Shown here piece after piece: positions 51,863 to 64,000 of a stretch of 64,000 nt of DNA. The stretch's first letter is position 1. Every line of letters starts with the position of its first letter. Under the pieces are notes generated by a model, which saw only the letters and a program-made list of their open reading frames with translations, did no database searches and was not told where the DNA came from. The DNA comes from Octopus bimaculoides (lineage: Eukaryota): assembly GCF_001194135.2 (NCBI RefSeq), contig NC_068999.1:16215320-16279319 (forward strand), read 5' to 3'. The position numbers and the translations under genes were made by a program.

Positions 51863-52422
51863 TATATTCCAATATTCTTACGAATATCAAGGTCATGATT
51901 ACCGAAACGCGAAACCGGTATTTCATCGTAACATTGTATCCTTTAAAATGTATTAAAAATATGTAAGTTGCGTGCGTTTTCCTTCTTTCGTTACACACAA
52001 ACACACACACACATGCATATGTATATGTGTGCGTATATGTATATATATGTGTTTGTACATGTGTGTGTGTATGTAAACGTACAGACACATGTGTTTAAAT
52101 AAACTTAAATATTTTGATATTGATAGGCATACGCAGTTGCAAATTACATCTAAATTTACTACGGTACTACGATTTATGAAATACTAATTAAGAGAAGTTT
52201 CCCTGATATTACGTTATGACTACTGCTCGGTGCACCGAAACCACGTACAGTAATTGAAGACCATTATATAGAAAATCTAAACACATATACACAAACACAT
52301 ACCCAAACATATACACGCTCACACACAGGCAAACACAAATACATTCAGACAATCGCATACACACATATGTAGTGGATACATAACCACAAACAAACACACA
52401 CACCTACATATATATTTGTATG

Positions 52423-52460
<38 letters not shown>

Positions 52461-53498
52461 TTAGTGTAGATGCTACTCGTGTCGTTGTTGTTGCTCTTCT
52501 GCGGTACTTTTTTGTTCTTAATATTTTTTTTTTCTTTTTTCTATTGTTCGAAACTTATTTTTTCTAATTTCTCTTTTTCTTTTTGCCAATCATTTATCAA
52601 GNNNNNNNNNNNNNNNNNNNNNNNNNNNNNNNNNNNNNNNNNNNNNNNNNNNNNNNNNNNNNNNNNNNNNNNNNNNNNNNNNNNNNNNNNNNNNNNNNNN
52701 NNNNNNNNNNNNNNNNNNNNNNNNNNNNNNNNNNNNNNNNNNNNNNNNNNNNNNNNNNNNNNNNNNNNNNNNNNNNNNNNNNNNNNNNNNNNNNNNNNNN
52801 NNNNNNNNNNNNNNNNNNNNNNNNNNNNNNNNNNNNNNNNNNNNNNNNNNNNNNNNNNNNNNNNNNNNNNNNNNNNNNNNNNNNNNNNNNNNNNNNNNNN
52901 NNNNNNNNNNNNNNNNNNNNNNNNNNNNNNNNNNNNNNNNNNNNNNNNNNNNNNNNNNNNNNNNNNNNNNNNNNNNNNNNNNNNNNNNNNNNNNNNNNNN
53001 NNNNNNNNNNNNNNNNNNNNNNNNNNNNNNNNNNNNNNNNNNNNNNNNNNNNNNNNNNNNNNNNNNNNNNNNNNNNNNNNNNNNNNNNNNNNNNNNNNNN
53101 NNNNNNNNNNNNNNNNNNNNNNNNNNNNNNNNNNNNNNNNNNNNNNNNNNNNNNNNNNNNNNNNNNNNNNNNNNNNNNNNNNNNNNNNNNNNNNNNNNNN
53201 NNNNNNNNNNNNNNNNNNNNNNNNNNNNNNNNNNNNNNNNNNNNNNNNNNNNNNNNNNNNNNNNNNNNNNNNNNNNNNNNNNNNNNNNNNNNNNNNNNNN
53301 NNNNNNNNNNNNNNNNNNNNNNNNNNNNNNNNNNNNNNNNNNNNNNNNNNNNNNNNNNNNNNNNNNNNNNNNNNNNNNNNNNNNNNNNNNNNNNNNNNNN
53401 NNNNNNNNNNNNNNNNNNNNNNNNNNNNNNNNNNNNNNNNNNNNNNNNNNNNNNNNNNNNNNNNNNNNNNNNNNNNNNNNNNNNNNNNNNNNNNNNNN

Positions 53499-53536
<38 letters not shown>

Positions 53537-55669
53537 GGACAGAGAGAAAGAAAGAGAGAGAGAGAATATGGCCGAGAAAGTTAATTTACTAGTGATCTGA
53601 ACGAATTAGTACGCTGAGTAAATGCTATGATTGTTCATCTGTTGGATTCAAAGTTCACACCTGAAGCTAAACCTGTTAGGCTTCCATATTAGGCTTCCGT
53701 ATTAAAGGAAAAGGACAACAAAAAAGAACATGCAGACTCTGTTGGGAAGAGCCCTCCAAATATTAACTCATAATTCAACGCAAAAATTCAATAAACAACT
53801 CGAAGAATTTTCTATATGTAAGCATAAGTACTATCACACGTTTAAATTCTTCCATAGGTCTAAATGCAAGCAAAATCTATACACATACAACTTGCATACG
53901 ATCGGTAAAATATACGTATATATTCCGTTTCCTTTTCTTGTCTATCAGCATAAGCATCTTAGAAAGTAGCTATCTTTAATTCTTTTAAATTTGTAATCTT
54001 TATATTTATTTTAACTTTTAACTTTCGATCTTAATTTTGTAATTTGTATCCTTTATCCATTTAATTCTAGTTTTATCCTTTATATACCCTCTTAAGTTAG
54101 CTATTACTACTGACCACACCTAACCTAGATGTCATCTATTTAATCAAGAGATATAAATACTTTCGTCCTCTACTTTACCAAAGCCTTAACGCCTGACCTC
54201 TCACCCCGAGACGACACTTACGAAGAATAATACTGGCAATTTATCTTTATCGTTATTCTTTTTATATTCATTTATTTTTTACTTTTTATTTTTATATTTT
54301 TGATTTTACTTTACCTTCACTCTCAATTATTCTGTTCCACACATATTGCATTCCCCTCTGTTCTCACTTTTTTCTCTCATTGTCCCTCTTTTGTCTCTTT
54401 CTCCTCACTTTCTTTCATCCATTCACTCACAACCCACTTTTGTCTATCTTGCTGTCTGTCTTTCTCACTTTATATACCCACGTGGACCATTTACATTTAA
54501 TCCATTGAGCGCATCATTCAAATTACTGCCTGGATTTACCTAGGATTATCCCTAAATGCTTATACTTTTACGAAAGTACCGGCCAACCTCCATACCCTCT
54601 GGAAAAAGATGAGCTGTGAACCTTCTTCTCCTGTCTATATTCCGCTATCTACTTTTACTCTTTATCCTTCTATTTCATTCCTTATAAACAGCGAATGTCC
54701 TTGTCTGGAACTTTCAGGCGTGCTCACTTTGTATCTGATGACGATTTACCCCGTGTACGGACATGCTAGCTTATCACTTGGGATATCCTAGAAATAGCTG
54801 TCAGATTTCAAATTCACCCTACCCTGAACTATTGTAAATGACTTCAGATACTCGTCCTGCCTTGGTTTTTTGTTGTCCTTTTCCTCTAATATATGTGTGT
54901 GTGTGTGTGTAACAAAAGCTACTTCCAACGAATTAATTGATGAAAGGAGATATTATATAATGTACAAAAAACAAAAAAGGAGATGTTTCTACACTGATAC
55001 AAATCATCATTCAGTTTTCTGGCATTGATATGAATAAACTTAATTTACTCTTCTAAATTATGAGTATTGCTCCTTGTATGGCTTTTTTTTTGTGATGTAT
55101 TTTTGCAACGATGAAAAGCATTCTTATGTCCTGACGTCAAATACTCACACGTAGGGGTATGTATATAGTATGTAATTGCATTGATGCACTTCTGATTTGC
55201 AAGGTAGTTTCGTAATATTTTGTAATTCAATTTAACCGAAGGAAATTATTCCATACTCTGACGCTAGGTGAACTTTCACTTACTGAATGAAAAGTTCTAT
55301 CTTTGAAGTACTTCCAGGTTATTTATAGTTGCACATTTTTGGATACATGGATATGTGCACTAAGAGAATGACAAGCATTGCTTATTATAGAATACCAGTT
55401 GCAATGTTTCACCTGAGAGACATAGGAAGATCACACAAGATGAAGCACAGAACGCTAAATCTCCAATTTGTTTTTTCTATTCTCTCTCTGTTTATATTTT
55501 CTTAACCCTTTCTGTTGAAGAGCGTGGGCTCGAAATGTAAAAGACGCTTTCACTTCCCGAGAGTCAAATTAATACATCTGCTTGTTCATACACCTGTCTT
55601 CGTATTTTGTTTTTCTATAAATTTCAGCTATATATATGTGTGTGTGTGTGTGTGTATACATATATTGTC

Positions 55670-55711
<42 letters not shown>

Positions 55712-56007
55712 ATCTATAGATGTGTGTGTGTGTGTATAGTGGCGATCAATATTATCCTTACCTATAACTATCTATTTTTCAAATACATGAAGGACGAAGA
55801 AGCTACATATAATCTAAATCTTGATTGATACGGAGAACATGTATGATTTACGACATAACTAGGTTCTCATTTACCACACAGATATTTGTTTGAGGTATTC
55901 AATAACCAGCAGTTTTGCACAATGTGGGAATACCAGAACTGAGACTTCTCTGATGCATTTCTAACGAAAAACTAATGCCAAATGAGGTTAAACATATAGT
56001 ATTTCTT

Positions 56008-56295
56008 ATGGCGTGGGACTCAGAATCATGAGGTACTTAGTTCGATTCCCGGACCGGGATGGGTGTTGCGTTCTTCAGCAAGACACTTTATTTCACGTTG
56101 CTTCTCATCACTCACGTATAGACACGATTTGCGACGTCACTAGTGCAAAACTGTATCGGCCTTTGCCCTTTCCTTGGATTCAATTCGCAGGGTGGGGGGA
56201 AGAGTGTGGTACACATGGGCAACAGCTGGTCTTCCATAAACAATCTTGCTCGGACTTGTGCCTCGTAGGGGAGCTTTCTAGGTGCAAATCCATTG
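56008..56295 (+). mobile_element. SINE family D (tRNA-like head, distinct body)
   Basis: B box GTTCGATTCC (about 56040), then gttcttcagcaagacactttatttcacgttgc (CORE/V-like). The 3' body is unlike families A-C. Confidence 0.65.
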
Positions 56296-56363
56296 TCTTA
56301 AACCGGTATATATATATGCATGCATGTATGTATGTATGTATATATATATATACCGGTTTAAGA
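56296..56363. repeat. Perfect 22-bp inverted repeat with a 24-nt loop, TTAA near both ends
   Basis: tcttaaaccggtatatatatat (56296-56317) pairs with atatatatataccggtttaaga (56342-56363). Confidence 0.8.
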
Positions 56364-56834
56364 TAAAGTATGTATGTATGTATGTATGTATATATATTCG
56401 ACAAAAACAGATAACATATCCAAGTCTGTGAGGAGTTTTCAGGACATTTATAAGGAAAGAGATATAATCGTACAGCTGTTTCTGGTATGTTATGGATATC
56501 TCTTCATCAGAGACGATGTGAGAGAGGTAAATGGAAAGGGAAGAATAGAGGGGAATAAGAGAATGAAAGTGGAAATAACACATTTAGTAGTTGTGGTATA
56601 TATATATCAGAAGGATGTGCTATAATACTAGTCTACAGCCATATCAACAATTCAACATACGTCCATCATCAGCTGCCTAATAGATATCATTATAGTTTCC
56701 ACACCTGGGCAGTACCATTCAATCCAGCAGTTTCAACAGCACTAAAATAAGTGTTGTTTGAGAACAAGCAGACCACGCACACCCAAACATATATATATAT
56801 ATATATATTCATTTTTTAATTTTTTTCATTTTAT

Positions 56835-56903
56835 CTAGTTTCAGCTCATGAGCTCTGGCCATGCTGGGGCACCGCCATTTGGTGTTGCTACACAATTTTA
56901 CTT
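56835..56903 (-). mobile_element. SINE family B 3' end fragment (into gap)
   Basis: agtttcagctcatgagctctggccatgctggggcaccgcc. Confidence 0.6.
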
Positions 56904-57599
56904 NNNNNNNNNNNNNNNNNNNNNNNNNNNNNNNNNNNNNNNNNNNNNNNNNNNNNNNNNNNNNNNNNNNNNNNNNNNNNNNNNNNNNNNNNNNNNNNNN
57001 NNNNNNNNNNNNNNNNNNNNNNNNNNNNNNNNNNNNNNNNNNNNNNNNNNNNNNNNNNNNNNNNNNNNNNNNNNNNNNNNNNNNNNNNNNNNNNNNNNNN
57101 NNNNNNNNNNNNNNNNNNNNNNNNNNNNNNNNNNNNNNNNNNNNNNNNNNNNNNNNNNNNNNNNNNNNNNNNNNNNNNNNNNNNNNNNNNNNNNNNNNNN
57201 NNNNNNNNNNNNNNNNNNNNTAATGGACAGTTTAACTGAATGAAAGACAAAAATAAATAGTTACGGAGATATAGGGATAGACAGATGAATACATACGTAT
57301 ATACACACACACACAGACACACATATATATATACATATACATAGACATATACAAGTATATATATACATATACATATATATATATACGCACACACATGTAT
57401 ATGTTATGTGTACTCGATTCGATATTTGCCTCAATTTTGTTAACTGCTCATTAATATTTGTATAAAATAACAGGAAGAATTCATATCTAAAGCAAATTAC
57501 TCAAAAGCAAATAACAGGCAAAATATTAATCTCAAATATATTAGTTTTTGGTGCATTTCATTTGCATTTCTGAGTAAAATGATGTTTATGATATTATTC

Positions 57600-57670
57600 T
57601 ATACTGTAATATAATATAATATAATATAATATAATATAATGTAATATAATATAATATGATATAATATAAT
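57600..57670. repeat. (ATATA)n pentanucleotide microsatellite
   Basis: Directly visible. Confidence 0.9.
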
Positions 57671-57857
57671 ACACGCAATCGCAATCGCGCGCGTGTATAT
57701 ACACATATAAATTCACAGTATATACATTTGCATCCATATATGTGCATGTATTTTGATTCCCAAACGCACACACACATATATATACACACATAATTACATA
57801 TAAACACACACACACAAATTTTTATATATATACACACATATATATATACATAGTACA

Positions 57858-57892
<35 letters not shown>

Positions 57893-58446
57893 NNNNNNNN
57901 NNNNNNNNNNNNNNNNNNNNNNNNNNNNNNNNNNNNNNNNNNNNNNNNNNNNNNNNNNNNNNNNNNNNNNNNNNNNNNNNNNNNNNNNNNNNNNNNNNNN
58001 NNNNNNNNNNNNNNNNNNNNNNNNNNNNNNNNNNNNNNNNNNNNNNNNNNNNNNNNNNNNNNNNNNNNNNNNNNNNNNNNNNNNNNNNNNNNNNNNNNNN
58101 NNNNNNNNNNNNNNNNNNNNNNNNNNNNNNNNNNNNNNNNNNNNNNNNNNNNNNNNNNNNNNNNNNNNNNNNNNNNNNNNNNNNNNNNNNNNNNNNNNNN
58201 NNNNNNNNNNNNNNNNNNNNNNNNNNNNNNNNNNNNNNNNNNNNNNNNNNNNNNNNNNNNNNNNNNNNNNNNNNNNNNNNNNNNNNNNNNNNNNNNNNNN
58301 NNNNNNNNNNNNNNNNNNNNNNNNNNNNNNNNNNNNNNNNNNNNNNNNNNNNNNNNNNNNNNNNNNNNNNNNNNNNNNNNNNNNNNNNNNNNNNNNNNNN
58401 NNNNNNNNNNNNNNNNNNNNNNNNNNNNNNNNNNNNNNNNNNNNNN

Positions 58447-58479
<33 letters not shown>

Positions 58480-58744
58480 GAGAGAGATAGGTGCACATAT
58501 ATATATTTGTGTGTGTCTGTGTGTGTGTATGTTTATTATTGACAGTTTATCGGCCAGATAAACTGATCATATAATGCCCTATTAGTCACAATGTGATACC
58601 ACGAATTGTTTTCGCTTTTGAATACGGTCACCGTGCTTGCTAGAGGTGTAAGTTACATTCCTCTTGAACGGAACGCTAGTCCCACACAGTGTTTGTCATT
58701 TACAGCTCAGCAGAATTGCACAATGTAATATATAATATATATAT

Positions 58745-58870
58745 AGCTTGCTCCTCAACCACATGGTTTCATGTTCAGTTCCACTGTGTGACGTCTTCGA
58801 GGAATGCCTTCTAATAAAGCAACGGACCGACCAAAGCCTTGAGTGGATTTGGAAGAAGGAAACTGATAGA
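58745..58870 (+). mobile_element. SINE family B 5' half
   Basis: agcttgctcctcaaccacatggtttcatgttcagttccactg...ccgaccaaagccttgagtggatttgg...ggaaactga. Confidence 0.8.
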
Positions 58871-60673
58871 CTTATATACACTTATGTATGTATGTACGTA
58901 TTTATTTATGCATGTATGTATGAATGCATGTATGTATGTACGTATGAATGTGTGTATGAATGCAAATATGTATGTATGTATGTATTTATCTGGCTATATT
59001 CCGACTCCTGCACATGTTCTGCTCCACGCGATTAATACTTGTTCCTCCCACTTCTTGTGTTTGAACCCTGAATATAATAATAAGACAATTTTTCTCCCAT
59101 CAGATCCACCCAGCTAAATTTACATTCTCCGGATACTTCATATTTTAAAAAAAATCAGATTCAATGTTTCTGAAATTGAGTGCAAGACTGCATATTAGCC
59201 GGATATTAAAGTTTAAATCGTAACCTCGTGTGTGAATACATGCAACTAACAGTGAGTATTGAAGTCAATTCATATGTGATTTGCCCAAAGTCTATGTTAT
59301 AAACTCGAAATGTATTTGGATTCATATTATTTCTTTGTTCTCTGTTCTAATCTCGCTATCATGTGATTTGGTGTTAGATTAGGATTTTATTTTGTAGTAG
59401 TTGGATTTAGGGAAACAAATTCAGGAATACTACTTTAGAGTAGATTTAAATTTTCATGTAATCTAAAATTGTTTTAAGATTGAATTAATAATTTTTATGA
59501 TATTGAAATATCAGTCTTTAATTGTATAAAAAATAAATTGTTCATATAGATATGAGATCTGGTGTATTCATCACATTTAAATAAACAACATCTATCCACC
59601 GAAAAAGTACAAATATGTTCAATGTATATTTATAGTGCTACTTACACTATCCTCAACATACAGATATTCAGAAGTACTTTAATTTTCAAATTATACTCTA
59701 ACATAGTCACATATCCAGACTCTTTAACACAGAATTTGATATATATTTTCTTGCATGTTCGTATAATTTATTTCTGAAATATATCTTCATTCATTGTGGC
59801 CAAGATGACAATGAATTAACTCTAACAGTAGGGAGCAAGGCAAAATGCCTGGCAGTATCTAGTTTTTTCTCCTTACGTTTTGAGCTGAAATCCTGCTGAG
59901 TTCCACTCTATCACAGATCATTTTTGCAGTTCAATAACATAGATATGATTCTAATATTGGATGACATCAAATCGACTGCATTACTGATATTGTGCCAAAG
60001 AATGAAATCTTTATATTTTCTGCTCTCCTGCAGAGCTAGGTGATAGATTTTAAGTAGGACAGACTGTCTTGTTCACAGTTCTATAAAAGCTGAAATAGTG
60101 GCCAGCATTTAGCGAGATTTACACGTCTTTCTACAGAAACAAAATGGTTAATTAACACTATATTGCGCCATATTCTATGTATCTTAGCATTTAAGTTTTA
60201 ATGTAGTCAGTTCTAGTTTTGGTGCGTCAGATTTATCAGTTTGTTTATGTTTTTAAATCATATTTTTCTCTTTTAAAGCAACGATTTCTGCTTTTTCTAA
60301 TACCCAGGAACATGGATATTCCCAGTACCCATTACAATGCCTAATTTTTCTCAGACAAAAAATCAAATCAAGACAAAGGACAGATAATAGAATGCGTAAG
60401 CAAATTCATTCATGATGCAAATAATACAAATAAATACGCGTGGAATCGGAAAAGGACAATCATTTGGTCAGATGAGTGGAAAGCTGCAAATATATAATCA
60501 ATGGAAACACCAAGAAGTGAATTGTAAAGGAGTACCATGAAAAAAAAAACATAAAAAGTTGGAAATGTCAACAAAAAAATATTTAGAGGAAAGGCACATA
60601 ATTTGACGGCTATATTTCATGGGTGTAGTTCCACTGATTGTGAAGTGAAAATCAAATATCGTTTGTCACGGTT

Positions 60674-60792
60674 AGAACCTACAATTTCAAGTGCAAGCGT
60701 TAAGAGGATACATGTTACATGCTTTTGTACCCAACACTGCAACGTCTAGAATCGATAATTTTAAGTGCAGGTGTTAAGGAAAACATATTACA
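60674..60792 (+). repeat. Two diverged ~46-bp direct repeats
   Basis: agaacctacaatttcaagtgcaagcgttaagaggatacatgttaca (60674-60719) and agaatcgataattttaagtgcaggtgttaaggaaaacatattaca (60748-60792). Confidence 0.7.
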
Positions 60793-60799
60793 GTAACCT

Positions 60800-61200
60800 G
60801 AGAATGATGAAATAATTGAAGATTTTAGCCCCACAAAAATTTAGGCCAAATTTCCTTAATCAGTTAATCAAAAATCCTCTTGCACTTTGCTTGAATGGCC
60901 TAGGTAAAACGTTATTCATCTCAACCCATCTTTCGGGTACATTTCATTTGTGTATAAAATTTCAAGAAAATCGGTTGGAAACTTTAAAAGTTATGACAGA
61001 AAATAACATTCTTTTGAGAATTTGTATTGAAACGTCCTATTGACTTTTGAAAAACCGATGCTGATTAAAAATTATTGATTTATTTCGAAATTCCAAGTTC
61101 GCAAATGACCGCATGGGCATAAGACCCACACATGTGTAAAGATCCATTGGATAGTCGTGGAGGAGTTAAAGTAACAAATTCACAAATACACACACACACC
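60800..61200 (+). mobile_element. DINE-1/HINE-like non-autonomous (Helentron-associated) element, copy 1
   Basis: About 277 bp (60923-61199) align to 61801-62076. Includes the tttcaagaaaatcggttggaaac module and terminal (CA)n. Confidence 0.55.
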
Positions 61201-61639
61201 TACTGGTGGATAAGAAGTTCTAACTTTCTTAAGTAATTTCAGGCCCACATGAGAATATTCATTGTCTTAAAAGTCTGATATAAGATCTTAAACATTCTAA
61301 AAGAGTTAAGGTTCATTTAGTAACTTGACGCAAATCTAAACTCCAAAAGTATTTGCAAGTTAAGAGGGGGTGTACTGATAAGTTATACCTTGTATATAAG
61401 TAGTAGTTTGTATGAATACAGTTTGATTTTCAGTATATCTGTGTTTATGCATGAAATATATATTAAATAGAAAATGCTAGAGAAATAAAATGCACTTACC
61501 TATTTAAAACCTGAAACACTGTGGAATTAAATCAATGAATTGAAACAATAAGTTTTAGTAAATAAAAATTATTTATATTGAAATGCAGAATTAGCAAATA
61601 CAAATGAGATTACCGTTAATAAGAAGTCGGTTTATACCC

Positions 61640-62132
61640 ATTAAAAATTTTCGTACGATTTTGGCATTTTTCGTCCAATTGAAACGTATATTAATGGGTA
61701 GGACAAATTTGAGGAAAAAAATGACCAGAGTATGGTAGCGAACCCGTGTCGTCGTCACTTTTGTGCATGTGCGTCAAAAAATTTATCATTTATTTGTCTG
61801 AACCCATCCGTAGCACATATTCCATTTGTGTATACAACTTCAAGAAAATCGGTTGAAAACTTTAAAAGTCATGGCAGAAAATAACATTCATATGAGAATT
61901 GGCAAGGAAACGACCTATTGATTTTTGAAAAATAGTCGTTGATTAAAAATTATCGATAATTTTTTTTTTTAATTCAAGTGCGTAAATGACCGCATAGGCG
62001 TAAGCCCGACGCACGTGTCAAGTTCGGTTGGATACTCTTGGAGGAGTTAAAGTAACAAATTCACAAATACACACACAGAGCCACAAACAGATAGATATTG
62101 CCATTTATGTATTGCCATTTATGTATATAGAT
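61640..62132 (+). mobile_element. DINE-1/HINE-like non-autonomous element, copy 2 with intact-looking 3' end
   Basis: Same modules as copy 1, then cacacag...cagatagatattgcc...tatatagat. This architecture (core subrepeats, CA/GACA microsatellite, TATAGAT end) is typical of DINE-1-like elements. Family assignment is inference. Confidence 0.6.
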
Positions 62133-63387
62133 GTTTTAGAAAGATTCTTTGTTCCGTACTGATAATAAAATGTTTTCCCAACAGTGTCAGATGCAGTTCT
62201 CTTAGGTTTAGTGTTGTAACTTTCTTCCTTTTGGATACCTTATGTAGTCTCGGATTGAGACGTACGTTGTAAGCAAAGCTGGATAGAAGGGCACTATACA
62301 AAAAAAAGCCCCCAAACACGCTATATTAAATATACTTATAAGCTACAACCTTCTCAGAATCTGCGTGCCACGGATGCACTCGATAATTATGCTAAATTTA
62401 CACGTATATGTGCAATTCTCGGCCACCTACACGTTAACACTTGTGCATTTAATTAATTACGTGAATAACTAAATCTTCGATGTCAAGAGATGAAGACTTA
62501 TCATACAAATGCATACGTTCATATACATACATACATACATACATACACACGTATATATATATATATATANNNNNNNNNNNNNNNNNNNNNNNNNNNNNNN
62601 NNNNNNNNNNNNNNNNNNNNNNNNNNNNNNNNNNNNNNNNNNNNNNNNNNNNNNNNNNNNNNNNNNNNNNNNNNNNNNNNNNNNNNNNNNNNNNNNNNNN
62701 NNNNNNNNNNNNNNNNNNNNNNNNNNNNNNNNNNNNNNNNNNNNNNNNNNNNNNNNNNNNNNNNNNNNNNNNNNNNNNNNNNNNNNNNNNNNNNNNNNNN
62801 NNNNNNNNNNNNNNNNNNNNNNNNNNNNNNNNNNNNNNNNNNNNNNNNNNNNNNNNNNNNNNNNNNNNNNNNNNNNNNNNNNNNNNNNNNNNNNNNNNNN
62901 NNNNNNNNNNNNNNNNNNNNNNNNNNNNNNNNNNNNNNNNNNNNNNNNNNNNNNNNNNNNNNNNNNNNNNNNNNNNNNNNNNNNNNNNNNNNNNNNNNNN
63001 NNNNNNNNNNNNNNNNNNNNNNNNNNNNNNNNNNNNNNNNNNNNNNNNNNNNNNNNNNNNNNNNNNNNNNNNNNNNNNNNNNNNNNNNNNNNGCAGAGCA
63101 GCCAAGCCCTAGCCAGGCGGCGCTGCTGACTATCTGTTCGAAAGTTATTTATCTAATTTCAGTGGAATCTATCCACTGGTTTTCAGAAATAGAGTTATTA
63201 ATATTTCTAAGTCTCTCTAAAGGAGACTACGACAGCGGTACTGGAAATTAATAGTTATCGCCAAGCCAACATGGCAGTCCCAAAATTAGGACGAAAGCTG
63301 CCGTGAATTAGCTCCAAGAAGCCATCGCCTCTAGCTAGCTATGTGACACACGAAACCTGTATATGTGTATGTATGTATGTATGTACG

Positions 63388-63420
<33 letters not shown>

Positions 63421-63424
63421 ATAC

Positions 63425-63480
63425 GAATACAACTCGCGACCTCATAGTTGTGGAGCGAACTTGCTAGCCATTATGCCATC
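63425..63480 (-). mobile_element. tRNA-derived SINE head fragment
   Basis: Reverse complement ATGGCATAATGGCTAGCAAGTTCGCTCCACAACTATGAGGTCGCGAGTT shows A-box and B-box spacing but no complete cloverleaf. Confidence 0.5.
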
Positions 63481-63935
63481 AGCTATATATATGTACACAC
63501 AACATGCAGAAGCTTAATCGATAGAATCGGAGGAATAAATCTTGTTTCAGAGATTTTATGATATTTGTTGGAGATTCAAATGTGTAGGAGTAGGAGTTAT
63601 CCGTATGTGGATGTTTTTGGACCTATATGAATGTATCATTATGTGCATCAGAGACAAACGTACAAATAGTGCTTCGTATCTCTAAATGATTGATTAATTT
63701 TGGTGGTGGTTTGGAAAGCTGCGAATCATAACACTCGAATATAAATAACGAAATGGAAAGAATATTTGTTGAAAAGAAAACATAACTGGAAAAAAACGAG
63801 CAATATGATACGTTGTGCTTTATATCACACAAAAAAAACACCAACAGAACCTTAAATATTTGGCGTTGAAACCTCTAGCGTATGGTGAATATTAATTCAA
63901 TGTTGACATTCATTCATATATACATATCTATTTAT

Positions 63936-63969
<34 letters not shown>

Positions 63970-64000
63970 CTATATATAAGTAATTATGTATGTATGTATA

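Noticed and set aside
53640-53760. TPEAKPVRLPY*ASVLKEK, similar to the start of a Gypsy RT
   Set aside because: A single weak motif with no downstream RT sequence.
54050-54850. Pyrimidine-rich block that might be a Penelope pseudo-LTR or other repeat
   Set aside because: No diagnostic motif and no second copy in the window.

Overview
Repeat-dense, AT-rich animal genomic DNA from a gapped short-read assembly: 23 N-gaps, most flanked by (TA)n, (GA)n or (TG)n microsatellites. The SINE complement, a Dong/R4 LINE and the microsatellite load point to an octopus genome; this is inferred from recalled repeat families, not a database hit. I could not confidently identify any host protein-coding gene, and the listed ORFs are almost all microsatellite or gap artefacts or decayed transposon frames. 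Well supported: over 30 SINE copies or fragments in at least four families, a 5'-truncated Dong/R4 LINE, several RTE LINE remnants, adjacent Penelope RT and Helitron Rep remnants, a Tigger/pogo-like MITE, two tandem DINE-1/HINE-like elements and several fold-back elements. The most interesting signal is a 74-bp inverted repeat (22520-22736) whose 6 mismatches are all G:U-compatible on the + strand. Also notable are a 117-bp filled/empty-site direct repeat, inverted SINE pairs that could form ADAR substrates, and a few weak candidate exons. I found no clear novel biological system. All coordinates and alignments were read by eye.
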